Source of the DNA: Heteronotia binoei
Taxonomy: Eukaryota
DNA: 64,000 nucleotides
Direction of reading: 5' to 3'
Assembly: GCF_032191835.1 (NCBI RefSeq)
Contig: NC_083223.1
Span: forward strand, 70,804,001 to 70,868,000
In this document: piece after piece, positions 33,828 to 45,304 of the stretch
Layout of the letters: every line of letters begins with the position of its first letter
Numbering within the stretch: position 1 is the stretch's first letter
Translations under genes and position numbers: made by a program
The notes under the pieces: generated by a model
What the model was told of the DNA's origin: nothing
The model's database searches: none
What the model saw: the letters and a program-made list of their open reading frames with translations, nothing else

Positions 33828-36800
33828 TTAAACATTAGATGCTTCTAGAAAAGCCGCCCAAATCTCTTCAAATTGTTGTTGTTGACATTGCCGGCGATAT
33901 GCTATCCTTTCTTGCACAGCCAAAGCATACATTCCCTCTAGCCAAGTAGTAATTGTACCGGTGAAGTCTTCACGCCACTGCAGCAGGATAAGCCGCTTCG
34001 CAATCATTATCGCACGTGCCGCCCATCTTCGCTGCCAACGAGTCAGTGACCAGGTCGTCGGGAAGTAATTCAGTAATATCTGCATGGCAGAAATAGACTG
34101 GTCAATGTTAAGTACCTTTTGCATCCATCGAGCAATCCCATCCCAGAAATTTTTTAACATCGGGCATGTCCACAGCATATGAACCAGACCCGCCTCTGAG
34201 CGTAGACACCGCCAACAAGCCGAGGATTCAGCCAAGTTATGCTTATACAGACAAAGAGGAGTCCAATAAATCCTGAACAAAAGCTTTTGTTGAATTAAAA
34301 TCAAGCGAAGATCTTTCGAACAATGGCGGAGACCACTACAGATAGCTGCCCATTGAAAAGGGTAAATAGGGCAGTTAATTTCCTCGCTCCATTGACATCG
34401 CAAGTCTTCCATAGAGTATTGCACATCTTTTTTCAGACATAGATATAAAACACGGACTGGCTTATTTTGTTCAATTGCATGTTCTAGGGTCTGCAGGAGA
34501 GGCGGAGCATCCGGAACTGCCAAAGCGTCTATGCCAAAAGAGGTAGACAGTGAATGCTTCAGTTGCTGGAATTGCAGCCATTGGTTAGCTGGTAACCCAA
34601 ATACACTTTGTAGATCCTCAAAAGAAAGAAATGCGTCCTCGTTGCTGTCTTTAAGCTGATTGAGAGTTAAGAGACCCCTCTGCGCCCACGACTTCCAAAT
34701 CACCGGCCGTCCCCCTATCTTCACTTCAGGATTGCCCCATAGGGTCATCCGACTATGTATAAAGCTGTCAAATCCGTAAATATCACCCAAATATTGCCAT
34801 GTTTGTCTTGTCGCCCGAATTGATGGAAGAACCGACTCTCCCTGATAGTATGTTGATCCAAGCGCGTTCCATGTCGACAAAGGAGTAAGAACAGCAGTTT
34901 CCAAGTTCATCCAGGGAGACTCGACAAAATGTTTAAGTGGGGCCCATCGCTGAATACCAGCCAGCAAGTATGCCCGATGGTAAAGACATAAGTTTGGCAA
35001 GCCAAATCCACCTCGGTCAAATGGTAACTGTAAGCGTGCCCACGACAACCGAGGGGGTTTCCCCTCCCACAGAAAATTCGCTAATATTGAGTTGATTTTT
35101 CGAAACCACTTCTGCGGTATATATTGATGGATACCACGCAACACGTAAAAAAAACGGGGATAGATGATCATCTTCAGAGCATTTATTTTACCCCAAAGCA
35201 ACAAGGGGATAGCGGACCATCGCTCAAGTTCCGGCTGTATTTTCCCTATTACTTTGTTTAAATTTAACGATATGAGCATCTCAGGCTGTTTAGGAATAAG
35301 AATGCCCAAATACATAATAAAAGCCTCCTGAACTGAGAACTGCCCAATATCTCCCGTCAATGCCGCTTCACCCCCGATCTGTAAAATTTCTGATTTTTGC
35401 CAATTAATTTTATAACCGGATAGCCTGCCGAAATTATTTGCCAGTTGCATAATCGCCGGTATCGATATTTCCGGCTGCGTAATGGTGAGCATGGCGTCGT
35501 CGGCATATAATAAAATCTTAAATGTCTGTGATTGGTGACGCATGCCATGGATATTATCATTTAATCGAACTGCCCAGGCAAGTGGCTCCAAACAAAGATC
35601 GAAGAGAAGAGGAGATAGCGGGCACCCCTGTCTGGTACCGCACCGCAGATCAATTGATGCCGAAAGGTGACCATTCACCCGCACCCTTGACGTGGCAGAC
35701 TTGTAGATCAGGCACGTCCAATGAAGAAAATCTTTTGGGAAACCCATATATTTCAATACCATCTGCAAGAAAGATCTGTCAACCCGGTCGAAGGCCTTCT
35801 CTGCATCTAAGGAAATAAGGAGGGCGAGATCATCTTTCTGAGCATGAATCGCGGCCAAATCCGTGATGAGCCGAATATTATCTGCACCAGAACGTCCTTG
35901 GATAAAACCAGTTTGGGATGGGTCAACCACCGAGGCTATGACCTTTTGAAGACGCTTAGCCAATATTGCCGTCAAGATCTTATTGTCAATATTTAAAAGT
36001 GATATAGGGCGATAACTGGCGCAGAGATGTGGGTCTTTCCCAGGCTTAGGAATTAAAGTAATCCAGGCTTCATTAAAATAGCGTGATGGCATACCCTGAT
36101 CAAAAATCGCTTGGTATGTAGCCAACAACTTCGGAGCAAGTTTCTCTGCAAACCGGATATACCATATCGGAGAAAACCCGTCAGGGCCCGGCGAAGAAAT
36201 AGCTTTAAGTCCATGAATCGCCTCCTTCACTTCCTCAAGTCTCAGTGGAGCCCCAAGTAGTTCTTTTGCTTCCTCACACAACTGTGGAAGACCCAGAGGA
36301 CACAAAAAAGATTCCTGAACTGACGGGTCCACCGAAGTATGTCCTCGATATAAGGTCTGGTAGAATTGACGGAAGCATTCAGCAATCCCGGCAGAAGAGA
36401 CGTGAGGTTTGTCATATTGATCCACAATTTGAGCAATCCATCTCTGCTCTTGCAGGGTTTTAAACTTGGATGCCAGAACCCTACCTTGTCTCTCTCCGGA
36501 TTCCCATTGCTGTTGTTTGACATGTGCATAAGCAAGTTCAACCTTGTTTGACCTGAGCATATTGAGCTGAAAATTTATTTGCTGAATCTGCCTAAATTGC
36601 GCCTCTGAAGGGCTTTGAAACTGTGCATCCCATAGGGCCCGAAGTCTGGACTCAAGATTCGCCTCAGTGCGGCGTTTTTCCTTTTGTTTTGCAGCAGAGT
36701 AGGCGATAATTATTCCCCTTATCGTTGTTTTAAAAGCCTCCCATACCGTCAAGTAGTGTTGAACAGAACCCTCATTAGTGGCGAAAAAGTGTTGAATTTC

Positions 36801-37586
36801 TGTTTCCATTTGTGCACAAAAAGCCTCATCGTTTACTAAAGAGTTATTAAAGTACCACGATGGGGACTTATCTATGTGTAGTAAGTTGTCCACTTCCATG
36901 AGCACCATGTGGTGGTCAGAAAGAGTGGAGGGGCAAATTGAACGTACACATCGAAGTATAGATTTAGACACCAGTAAATAATCCAATCTTGCAAGGGTCT
37001 GGTGGATGTGAGAGCAGAAGGTGTAAGCTTTCAAGTCTTTGTGTTGCTCCCTCCATACATCCACCAGCCCAAATTCCTTCATCAGGGCCAATACGGCCAA
37101 CCGTGTTCTCAAAGATCGTTCAGTTGCACCCATGCGATCCATCTTGCCATCCAGAGTAGTATTGAAATCGCCGCCTAAAATAATGTTGTCATAGTTCAGG
37201 TTCTCAAGTATAGCAGCCACTTTATTAAAAGTATGAGGATTATCATTATTTGAGCCATAGATATTAATCAGGGCCGTCCTCACCCCCTGGGCTTCCCCTA
37301 ACAGCACAATGTAGCGACCTTGGGGGTCAGAGAACTCCGAGATCTTTGCCCACCTCAACTTAGCCCGGATAATTATGGCGACGCCACGAGCATTTCGTTC
37401 AAAGCCTGACAAAAACACCTGGTCACCACGGTACTTTGCCAGCCGACCGGCTTCATCTTCGAGGATGTGGGTCTCTTGCAGCATGACAATATCAGCGACT
37501 CGTATCTCACGTGCGCCGAGGATCATGGCTCTTTTTTTGGGGTCACGAAGGCCACGGGCGTTAAATGTCAAGACCTTAAATGGCAT
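33828..37586 (-). CDS. L1 ORF2p (1252 aa): AP endonuclease, RT, CCHC domain
   Basis: TFNARGL, LQETH, GGDFN, RLDY and SDH (EN); GTRQGCPLSP and LYADD (RT); CWRC..HMLWTC. Confidence 0.97.
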   Translation of the reverse strand: MPFKVLTFNARGLRDPKKRAMILGAREIRVADIVMLQETHILEDEAGRLAKYRGDQVFLSGFERNARGVAIIIRAKLRWAKISEFSDPQGRYIVLLGEAQGVRTALINIYGSNNDNPHTFNKVAAILENLNYDNIILGGDFNTTLDGKMDRMGATERSLRTRLAVLALMKEFGLVDVWREQHKDLKAYTFCSHIHQTLARLDYLLVSKSILRCVRSICPSTLSDHHMVLMEVDNLLHIDKSPSWYFNNSLVNDEAFCAQMETEIQHFFATNEGSVQHYLTVWEAFKTTIRGIIIAYSAAKQKEKRRTEANLESRLRALWDAQFQSPSEAQFRQIQQINFQLNMLRSNKVELAYAHVKQQQWESGERQGRVLASKFKTLQEQRWIAQIVDQYDKPHVSSAGIAECFRQFYQTLYRGHTSVDPSVQESFLCPLGLPQLCEEAKELLGAPLRLEEVKEAIHGLKAISSPGPDGFSPIWYIRFAEKLAPKLLATYQAIFDQGMPSRYFNEAWITLIPKPGKDPHLCASYRPISLLNIDNKILTAILAKRLQKVIASVVDPSQTGFIQGRSGADNIRLITDLAAIHAQKDDLALLISLDAEKAFDRVDRSFLQMVLKYMGFPKDFLHWTCLIYKSATSRVRVNGHLSASIDLRCGTRQGCPLSPLLFDLCLEPLAWAVRLNDNIHGMRHQSQTFKILLYADDAMLTITQPEISIPAIMQLANNFGRLSGYKINWQKSEILQIGGEAALTGDIGQFSVQEAFIMYLGILIPKQPEMLISLNLNKVIGKIQPELERWSAIPLLLWGKINALKMIIYPRFFYVLRGIHQYIPQKWFRKINSILANFLWEGKPPRLSWARLQLPFDRGGFGLPNLCLYHRAYLLAGIQRWAPLKHFVESPWMNLETAVLTPLSTWNALGSTYYQGESVLPSIRATRQTWQYLGDIYGFDSFIHSRMTLWGNPEVKIGGRPVIWKSWAQRGLLTLNQLKDSNEDAFLSFEDLQSVFGLPANQWLQFQQLKHSLSTSFGIDALAVPDAPPLLQTLEHAIEQNKPVRVLYLCLKKDVQYSMEDLRCQWSEEINCPIYPFQWAAICSGLRHCSKDLRLILIQQKLLFRIYWTPLCLYKHNLAESSACWRCLRSEAGLVHMLWTCPMLKNFWDGIARWMQKVLNIDQSISAMQILLNYFPTTWSLTRWQRRWAARAIMIAKRLILLQWREDFTGTITTWLEGMYALAVQERIAYRRQCQQQQFEEIWAAFLEASNV

Positions 37587-38638
37587 CCTGCACCTTGATC
37601 CGGGGGGACCCGGCCGGGGGTTGACAGCCAGGCATCAAATAGTAAATAAGAATAGGCATGTTACACCCTACGGTGAGACCCACCACAAAATACGCTCCAA
37701 ACCCCAAGGAGCATATGACCCCCACCCAATCTTCCTGGCTTCCAATTGGTCACAGAGTACTTAGCAGAGCCCGAGCGGCATAAGCCTGCACTTACTACAT
37801 TGCTACATTAAATGCTAACTCCAAACACAGGGGGGGAAAGTAAATAAATAAGTAAATGAAGTAAAACACGCTGGAGTCTATATAGCTATACGCATAAATT
37901 ATGGCCATGTCCCAAGCCACTATATCGCATATGTCTCACCCATACATGCTCCTGCCTAATCAAACAATCGATCAATCGAAACCCTATTCCCCAGCCCACC
38001 CAACAAGAGCACCCCCCCACCCCCCCAAACTGTTTGTTAAAATAATACAAATCTGACACCACACTGAATACAACTCAACCTCAATATAACCAATATACAG
38101 TGCATTAGTGAATGAGTACTTTGTAGGTCAGACTAAACAATAATACATGCACTAATAATAACTTCTCCAGAGTAGCTGCAGTGGTCCATTACGTGCCAGT
38201 ATCTTAATGCAGTCAAAGTTTATTAGGCAAGGAGATGTAGGGGGAAAAAAAAAAAAAAGACTCTCTCCAAAAGGGGGGGGGGAATCTGGGTAATGAGTCA
38301 AGGCGGCACGGGGGTCTCCCAGAAAAGCAGGCATTTATCTATGAGTAATAAGTTGGAGGGCAAACAAACCCAGCCTTCTCGAAAAAATAGATTGCATTGG
38401 GATGGAACAGTCTAAGAGGAGAAAACCAAATCCTCAGAAACCCCCTTGCAACCAAAAAAAGGAAAAAAAAAATGTTGAGCAAAAAGTAATAGATTAAAGC
38501 GACCATCCAGTGTATTCTCCTTCTTCCTCCCTTTCCTTTCTTTTGCAGCAGCACACATCTAAGGCCCAAACATAATTAAGTCTCGATGGACCTTGCATTC
38601 CCTCCCTGTGGCCTTGATAAGTTCACAGCAGTTGGTAA

Positions 38639-39550
38639 TTATAAAGTTCTCAGGAATTCTTCCGCATTCTGAGGGGAGTAGAATGCTTTGCGCTTCCCTT
38701 GCTGGATCACCACCAAGGTTGCAGGGAACAAGACGAAGGCTTCTAAGTTCAGCTGCTTAGCTAGGTCTTTTGCAGTTTTGTATGCCCTTCTCCTCTGAAT
38801 TAAAGATAGAGGGTAATCAGGATATAAGGAGAGACGTGCTGTACTCCCTTGCCAAGTTATTCCGCCCCTCATTGAAATGTCCCGAAACTGTTTCAAAACA
38901 AAGTCTCGAGTAGTAACACGGGCAAAGGAAATCAAAAGAGTAATTCTTGTTAACCCCTGCTGTCCTGGTCTGGCCATACGAAGAACCTCAGCAATGTCTA
39001 GAGCAAAATCTTCAGGGAGTTGGAGTGTCTGCCGAAAAAGGCCAACCACAAAGGAAATCAGCTCAGAGGGGGATTGAGCCGGCAAGTCTGTCAAGCCCAC
39101 CAGCCTTAAGTTACGACGACGCGTTTCAGCCTCTAAGGTGTCTAATTTCTCTCTCAATGCCTGGACCTCTCTCACTGTCTCTTTAAGAACAGCATCTTGC
39201 TGGGCCACTGATTGTTCAACTGCGACAATTTTGCCTTCACAAAGCTGAACTTTATTTAAAGCTTCATTTGTAGCCTTTTGCATCTGATCTAACTGCAAAG
39301 TCAGTTGCTGTAACTGTTGAGACAGTTGAGTTGGGAGAGACTCTAAAACTTGCAGCTTGTCCATACGAGTCGACAGCTGATGCAAATTGCCCGCGAGGGC
39401 GTCAATCTTTCCCTCTAGTTTCTCCATGGGGGGTCTTCCTGACGACCCCTCTGCCGACGCAGACTTGTCCCCACTCAAGGAATCTCTCTCCTCTGCCCCC
39501 CTTCTCCCCCGCGTATCTTTCTTTCTTTTCTGCTGAGGTTTGGGAGACAT
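38639..39550 (-). CDS. L1 ORF1p (303 aa): coiled coil plus RRM/CTD
   Basis: Heptad-rich N-half, LEAETRRRNLRLVGL motif, LYPDY..RRR C-terminal motif. Confidence 0.92.
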   Translation of the reverse strand: MSPKPQQKRKKDTRGRRGAEERDSLSGDKSASAEGSSGRPPMEKLEGKIDALAGNLHQLSTRMDKLQVLESLPTQLSQQLQQLTLQLDQMQKATNEALNKVQLCEGKIVAVEQSVAQQDAVLKETVREVQALREKLDTLEAETRRRNLRLVGLTDLPAQSPSELISFVVGLFRQTLQLPEDFALDIAEVLRMARPGQQGLTRITLLISFARVTTRDFVLKQFRDISMRGGITWQGSTARLSLYPDYPLSLIQRRRAYKTAKDLAKQLNLEAFVLFPATLVVIQQGKRKAFYSPQNAEEFLRTL

Positions 39551-39924
39551 AAATCTTCAGTTAAGCAATTAAGGAGGGGGAGGGAAGCCAGATAGAAACC
39601 TTCCACCTTCTTTGACTCTACGTGGGAGCAGCAAAGTCTGGCAGGATAAAGCAGGACCTCGCAGGCTTCCCCGAAGGCAGCTGCGCTGTTCCACTGATGA
39701 GAAAAAAATAAAATAAAATAAAATAAAAAGCACTCTTATCTGCTCATATAGCCAGAAGTTGCAACTGTCGCTCGGAGCTCGAGTTACACGCGTCTGCTCA
39801 CAGCATCCCTCGTGACCGGAAGCCGCATTGAACCCATTATTTAACAGAATCTTGTCCCCACTCTTTAACCATACCATACATACCACACCAAGCTACAGAA
39901 AACAGTCCAGTAGCTAATCAAATT

Positions 39925-40990
39925 GTGGTTGACCCTGTCAACGTGTGGATTCAGAGGTCTGCCTTCAATGGCTTACCTCTTTTCTCCAAGGCCAGGGACA
40001 AAGGGTGGCTATAGGGGAGCAGTCATCTCAGAGGCACGCTCTTGTATGTGGGGTCCCGCAGGAGGTGGTCCACTCCCCGATGTTGTTTAACATCTACATG
40101 CACCCCCTTGCCCAAATTGTCCAGAGATACGGGCTGGGTTGTCCCCAGTATGCAGATGACACCCAGCTCTATCTATTGTTAGGAGGCTGGTCCAGCTGCA
40201 CCCTGGAAGATCTGGACCTGACATTGCAAGCTGTAGTGAAATGGCTCAGGCAGAGTCAATTAAAATTGAATCCAGCGAAGACAGAGGTCCTGTGCCTGAG
40301 TCGCAGTGACCTAGGTAGGGAAATCCCCTTGCCGGCCTTTGATGGGATGCTATTAGCACCAGCATTGAGGGTCAAGAGCTTGGGGGTGCTTCTGGAGCCC
40401 TCACTGACAATGGAGGCCCAGGTAGCAGCCACTGCCAAATCTGCATTTTGCCATCTTAGGCAGATAAGGCAGTTGATACCATACCTGGAGTGCAACGACT
40501 TGGCAACAGTGATCCATGCGACGGTCACCTCAATAATAGACTACTGTAATGCCCTCTATGTGGAGGTTGTAATGCCCTCTATGTAATGCCCTCTATGTAT
40601 TCGGAGGTTGCAACTGGTGCAAAATGCAGCAGCCAAGTTGTTAATGGAGCTACCTGTACGGGAGTACATTCAGCCTGTGCTGAGAGTGTTACACTGGTTG
40701 CCTGTGGTGTTCTGGATTCGCTTCAAGGTGCTGCTTATAACCTTTAAAGCCCTATATGGCCTGGGACCTGTCTGGCTTTGGGACCACCTTTCCCCATATG
40801 TACCCCAGAGAGCACTACGTTCAGAGTCTCAAAATCTCCTTTAGATCCCTGGACCAAAAGAAGCTCGATTGTCCAGCGCTAGAGCCAGAGCGTTTTCGGT
40901 AATAGCTCCCACTTTGTGGAATGCCCTCCCTGAAAACAGGGAGGATATAAATTTGATAAAGCAGGATATAAATTTGATAAATAAATAAAT
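39925..40990 (+). mobile_element. 5'-truncated L2-clade LINE
   Basis: GVPQ..SPMLFNIY, QYADDTQLY, LKLNPAKTE and LVQNAAA..LHWLP motifs; (TAAA)n tail. Confidence 0.9.
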
Positions 40991-41214
40991 TGTTGAATAA
41001 AATTTTAGACTACATCATGGGGCAATTGCCATTAACTCAGCAATTTAAAGTCATGTGATTGAAGGGAAGAGTGGTCTGTACGGTGTGAAGCAGAAAAAAT
41101 CCATGAAGTTATTCATTATTGCAGTTCAGTTAAGGTAAATAAAGAGGAGAGGAAAGAGAAAAAAAATATCTGGAACTAGGAGTACAAGCTTCCATTGTGT
41201 GCTTGGAGGATTTG

Positions 41215-41550
41215 CAGTTGTGCATATGCACCAAATGATGGTGACCCTATGAATTAATGACTTTCAAAACATCCTATCACTGAAAGCCTTGCAAATTGGC
41301 CATATTGAGTCAATCCATCTCATGTTCCTCTTTGTACTGCCTTCAACTTTAGCTAGCATTATTGTCTTTTCCAGTGAGTCTTGCCTTCCCATGTGACCAA
41401 GTATGATAGCCTCAGTCTCATCATTTTTGCTTCTAGGGAAAATTCAGACTTGATTTGATGTAGAACTCACTTATTTGACTTTTTGGTGGTCCACACATGA
41501 AACAGTCCTCCAACACCACATTTCACATGAAACAGTTTTCTTCCAAGATA
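41215..41550 (-). mobile_element. RTE/BovB-like LINE 3' fragment
   Basis: GAGTCAATCCATCTCATG...GCATTATTGTCTTTTCCAGTGA...TATGATAGCCTCAG, a recognisable RTE 3' block. Confidence 0.65.
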
Positions 41551-41554
41551 GATC

Positions 41555-41704
41555 CAGTTGGTCTGAAGCAATAGAACTAAGTAGGAGTCCAGTAGCACCT
41601 TTAAGACCAACAAAGTTTTATTCAGAATGTAAGCTTTCGTATGCATACATACTTCTTCAGACAAGGAATAAAATTTTGTTGGTCTTAAAGGTGCTACTAG
41701 ACTC
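41555..41704 (-). mobile_element. Penelope-like terminal repeat with an inverted partial copy
   Basis: 39-bp inverted arms (41585-41623 / 41666-41704) flank a hammerhead; related fragments at about 42588, 51860 and 61030. Confidence 0.7.
41628..41663 (-). ncRNA. Minimal type I hammerhead ribozyme, core intact
   Basis: Minus strand TGT-CTGAAGA-A-GTATG(TATG)CATAC-GAAA-GCTT-ACA: 5-bp stem II, palindromic AGCT stem III, 3-bp stem I. Confidence 0.7.
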
Positions 41705-42639
41705 ATAGTTTTCTTCCTATAAGCTTTCTTCAAATGAAGAATCTCCTCCTGTCTTCCTCTTCTCTGCTGCTTTCATCCTGTGAAATTATTATTAATTCCT
41801 AGTTGTTTATTACTCATAAACTCTAAGAAAGGGGTTAGGCTGTAAGTAATCAAAGTCAGAAATTCTGGATTCCAACACATCAAAGGATTTAAACAGATGA
41901 CCCTCATATTTCCATCCTGCTTTGCTGACTGCAGTGTCATGGAACAAAGGCTGGTCTGAATGCATTTCATTAGAGAACCCCTAATAATGAATGTGTAAAA
42001 ATTTCTTCACATGAATTTTGCAGGAATAGATTCCTGGTACCATAAAATGTACATCCCTCCACAGTTTTCTTTAAACACGCATTCATTCCTATCTGGTGTG
42101 AATGCATTTATATATTGGCCATTTCGTATCCAGTTGCACATTTTTCTTTCTATCTATTGCATATTATGTGAAAAAAAACCTTTTTATACTCATTCTGTAC
42201 ACTTGTTAATACCATCAGGTGCCTCCTTGTTCTATATTTGTGTAGAACAGTGAACAGCTGTTCCCTGTTAGCGTTTTCAAGAGCCTTCATGGTTTCATAT
42301 ACCTCTATCATATTTCCAGTTAACTATCACTTTTTTTAAGCTGAAGAGCTGTGGTATTTTTAACATTTTGTGCAAAGATACTCCATGTGTATGGCACATG
42401 ATCACGGTTTTGTCTTTCTCTGTATCTTCCCTAGTTCTACTCAGTTGTTCTAAAATGGAATATTCATCCAGCCAAGTAAATGTGACTTGGCTGCTGAACT
42501 GTTTTTTACAGATAATAATGTGACCTGGAATATTGTATTTCTTTTCTAGCTCTTTGCATTTTGTTTATTTGTAGAAAAGAGTAAGAGTCCAGTAGCACCC
42601 CAAGACTAACAAAATTTGTGTTGTGGTATAAGCGTTACT

Positions 42640-43000
42640 GAAAGTCAGTTTGGTGTAGTGGTTAAGAATGACAGACTCTAATCTGGAGAACCAGGTTTGA
42701 TTCCCCAGAATCCCCACTCCTCCACATAAAGCCAACTGTGGATGCTTTCACACATGCTAAATAATGCAATTTCAATCCACTTCAGCAACCATTTGCAAGC
42801 GGATTTTGCTATTTCACACAGTAAAATCCAGTTGCAAAGAGGATTGAAAATATGTTATTTAGTGTGTGTGAAAGCATTCTGGGTGACCTTGGGCCGGTCA
42901 TAGCTCTCCCAGAACTCTCTCAGCCTCACCTATCTACAAGGTATCTCTTGTGGGGAGAGGAAGGGAAGGCGATTTTAAGACTCCTTCGGGTAGTGAGTCA
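42640..43000 (+). mobile_element. Squam3-like SINE interrupted by a palindromic Harbinger-like MITE (about 42739-42878)
   Basis: The SINE is split at GCCAACTG|GGTGACC; the insert has GATGCTTTCACAC / GTGTGAAAGCATT ends and CTG on both flanks. Confidence 0.75.
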
Positions 43001-43082
43001 CTGCTTACTTCTTCAGATTAGTTTTGTCTCTAAAAGTTCCATAGGACACATTTTTAAAGAAATTTTGGCTTTTCTTAACATG

Positions 43083-44289
43083 GGCTGTTGGTTTCCGCAT
43101 ATCTTGACCCGGGGTGGTAGTTTGACCAGCCTCCAAAGCTGTGTTCTCCGCATTTAGGAGATCCTCAATATGCAAGAAGTTTATTTTTGATGCGGTTTCG
43201 GGGCTTGAAATTTATGTGTGGAACTCACGCCAATGCGTTGTCAAACTTCTCGCATCAGTAGAACACACCCACATAACTCCACTTCCATGATTCTGCCCAG
43301 TTATTTCGTCATACTTCCTTAATTTTATTCCCTTTGAAAATTATCCAATATTTTCCTGAAATAAAGTAATTTTTTTTAAACAAATCACGTTTCGAGTTAC
43401 AACGCGAAAAATATATAATGATGTAATGCGGTTTTCTTTTACTGATTACATCCCTTGCTTCCACCCGCCCCCATTCTTTATAGTATTCCACGTGATTTTG
43501 ATAATGTGTCATTGCATTGTGATTACTTTCCCCCTCCGATTAAATAACTATTATATATTTTTTTCAAATAAGATCGTTACAACGCAATTAAATAAATAGC
43601 GATGTTACACGAACTACTTAAAAGATGCGCGATTGCCACCTTTTTCGATCCCCCACCCCACCCCCGGTATGGCCTCAAATGGGAATGGGAATTTTATTAT
43701 GTTTATAGGTTTATTGAAAATAAACCCTGAGCCCACTTTGGTGGGGTAGGGCGGGATATAAATCGAAATAAATAAATAAATAAATTATATTTTTGATAGG
43801 TTGGGGAAACGTTCTCCCCTAACCCCTCAGCATAAATCTCCCCCCCCCCACCGCCTTCATGCATCTATTTGTAATTTGTTATAGCTTTTAATGGAAAACT
43901 GTGCTTAACATTCAGCATGTGTGGATAAAAATGGTGGATCGCCGACTCAGATTTCCCAGGGCTTAGATAACCTGCCAATGGCAGGGCGAAAGGAAAACAC
44001 GTGACTTTGCCAGTATTATGCTTCTGGCATTGTAACTCAAACAAAGACGATCACGTTGTAATGTGAACAAGCATGATGTTAAAAAAAAAAAGGGAAACGT
44101 ATGAGGGAGGGGGAAATTGCTACAATTGTGGGGGAAACTCCTGGAGCAGCAATAATGCGGAATCAGAACACATGGAACAGATTGGGAATTGAATCCGGGA
44201 GAAATCCTCTAGTGCGGAATTGGAAAATCACGCCCGCATGGAACAACCACGGAGCAAAACGGAGGCAAACGCCAAATGCAGAATCAGCC
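43083..44289. mobile_element. Non-autonomous PIF/Harbinger-like element, CpG-rich
   Basis: GGCTG(ttgg)TTTCCGCAT / ATGCAGAATCAGCC ends; 3-bp TSD ATG. Confidence 0.55.
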
Positions 44290-44799
44290 ATGCTTTAGCA
44301 GAATATAAAGTTATAGCAATATTTGTAAAATTTTGCTTAAACTTATCACCTTGCTTATTTGTCTACTTACTTGAATAAGGTAATGGTTATGTAACATTGT
44401 TCAAGACCTCCAGGGATCTCCATTCCTAGAAAACAAAGAAAAAACTGGGCCAGAGTTTTCCTAGGGAGAGGCTGACAAGGGAGGAAAGGAGGGAAAGCTA
44501 AAGATGGTAGCACATAGAGGTTCACTGTTGGGTGGAAAGGAGTGGAAGTAGGGAGGGAGAAAGGGATATTGGGGTATCCAGGGTAAGGAAAAATGAAACT
44601 GAAGGAGAGGGGGAGATGACATGTTTCCATAGGTTTCTTGCATAGTAGAGCAGACCCCAAAGACTGCTGAGGTATTTGCTCCCACTTTCTTGAACAATTG
44701 CGGCTACTGTAAAGCTGTTGACTAGTGCTTGAGACACCAGCACCGTGAATTATTTGAGCCACCTGTAGCTGTGAAATCTTTTCTGTAATGGAGTGTGTG

Positions 44800-45304
44800 T
44801 AGGGTTGCCAAGTCCAATTCAAGAAATACCTGGGGACTTTGGGGGTGGAGCCAGGAGACATTGGGGGTGCAGCCAGGAGCAAGGGTGTGACAAGCATAAT
44901 TGAACTCCAAACGGAGTTCTGGCCATCACATTTAAAGGGACTGCATGCTTTTTACATGGCTTCCTTCCATAGGAAATAATGAAGGATAGGGGCACTTTTT
45001 TTGGATGCTCATAGAATTGGACTCCCTGGTCCAATCATTTTGAAACTCAGGAGATATTTTGGGGAGAGGCACTGGAATTTATACTGAAAATTTGGTGCCT
45101 CTACCTCAAAATACAGCCTCCCCAGCCCCAGATACCCATGGATCAATTCTCCATTATTTTCTATGGGAATAAGTCTCCATAGGGAATAATAGAGTTCCCA
45201 GCAGACATTTCCCTCCCCTCCCCATGCTTTCTGATGATCCTGAAGCGGGGGAGGGCCTCCAAACCGGGGGACCCCCTGTCCCCACCTGGGAATTGGCAAC
45301 CCTA
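44800..45304 (+). mobile_element. Non-autonomous hAT element
   Basis: TAGGGTTGCC...GGCAACCCTA ends; perfect TSD AGTGTGTG. Confidence 0.92.

Larger units (their letters stand above)
33601..39824 (-). mobile_element. Full-length, apparently intact L1-clade LINE (L1-A)
   Basis: Perfect TSD GCATTGAACCCATTATTT (33585-33602 / 39825-39842); AATAAA plus A-tail; 5' end GGCTTCCGG; two uninterrupted ORFs. Confidence 0.97.
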
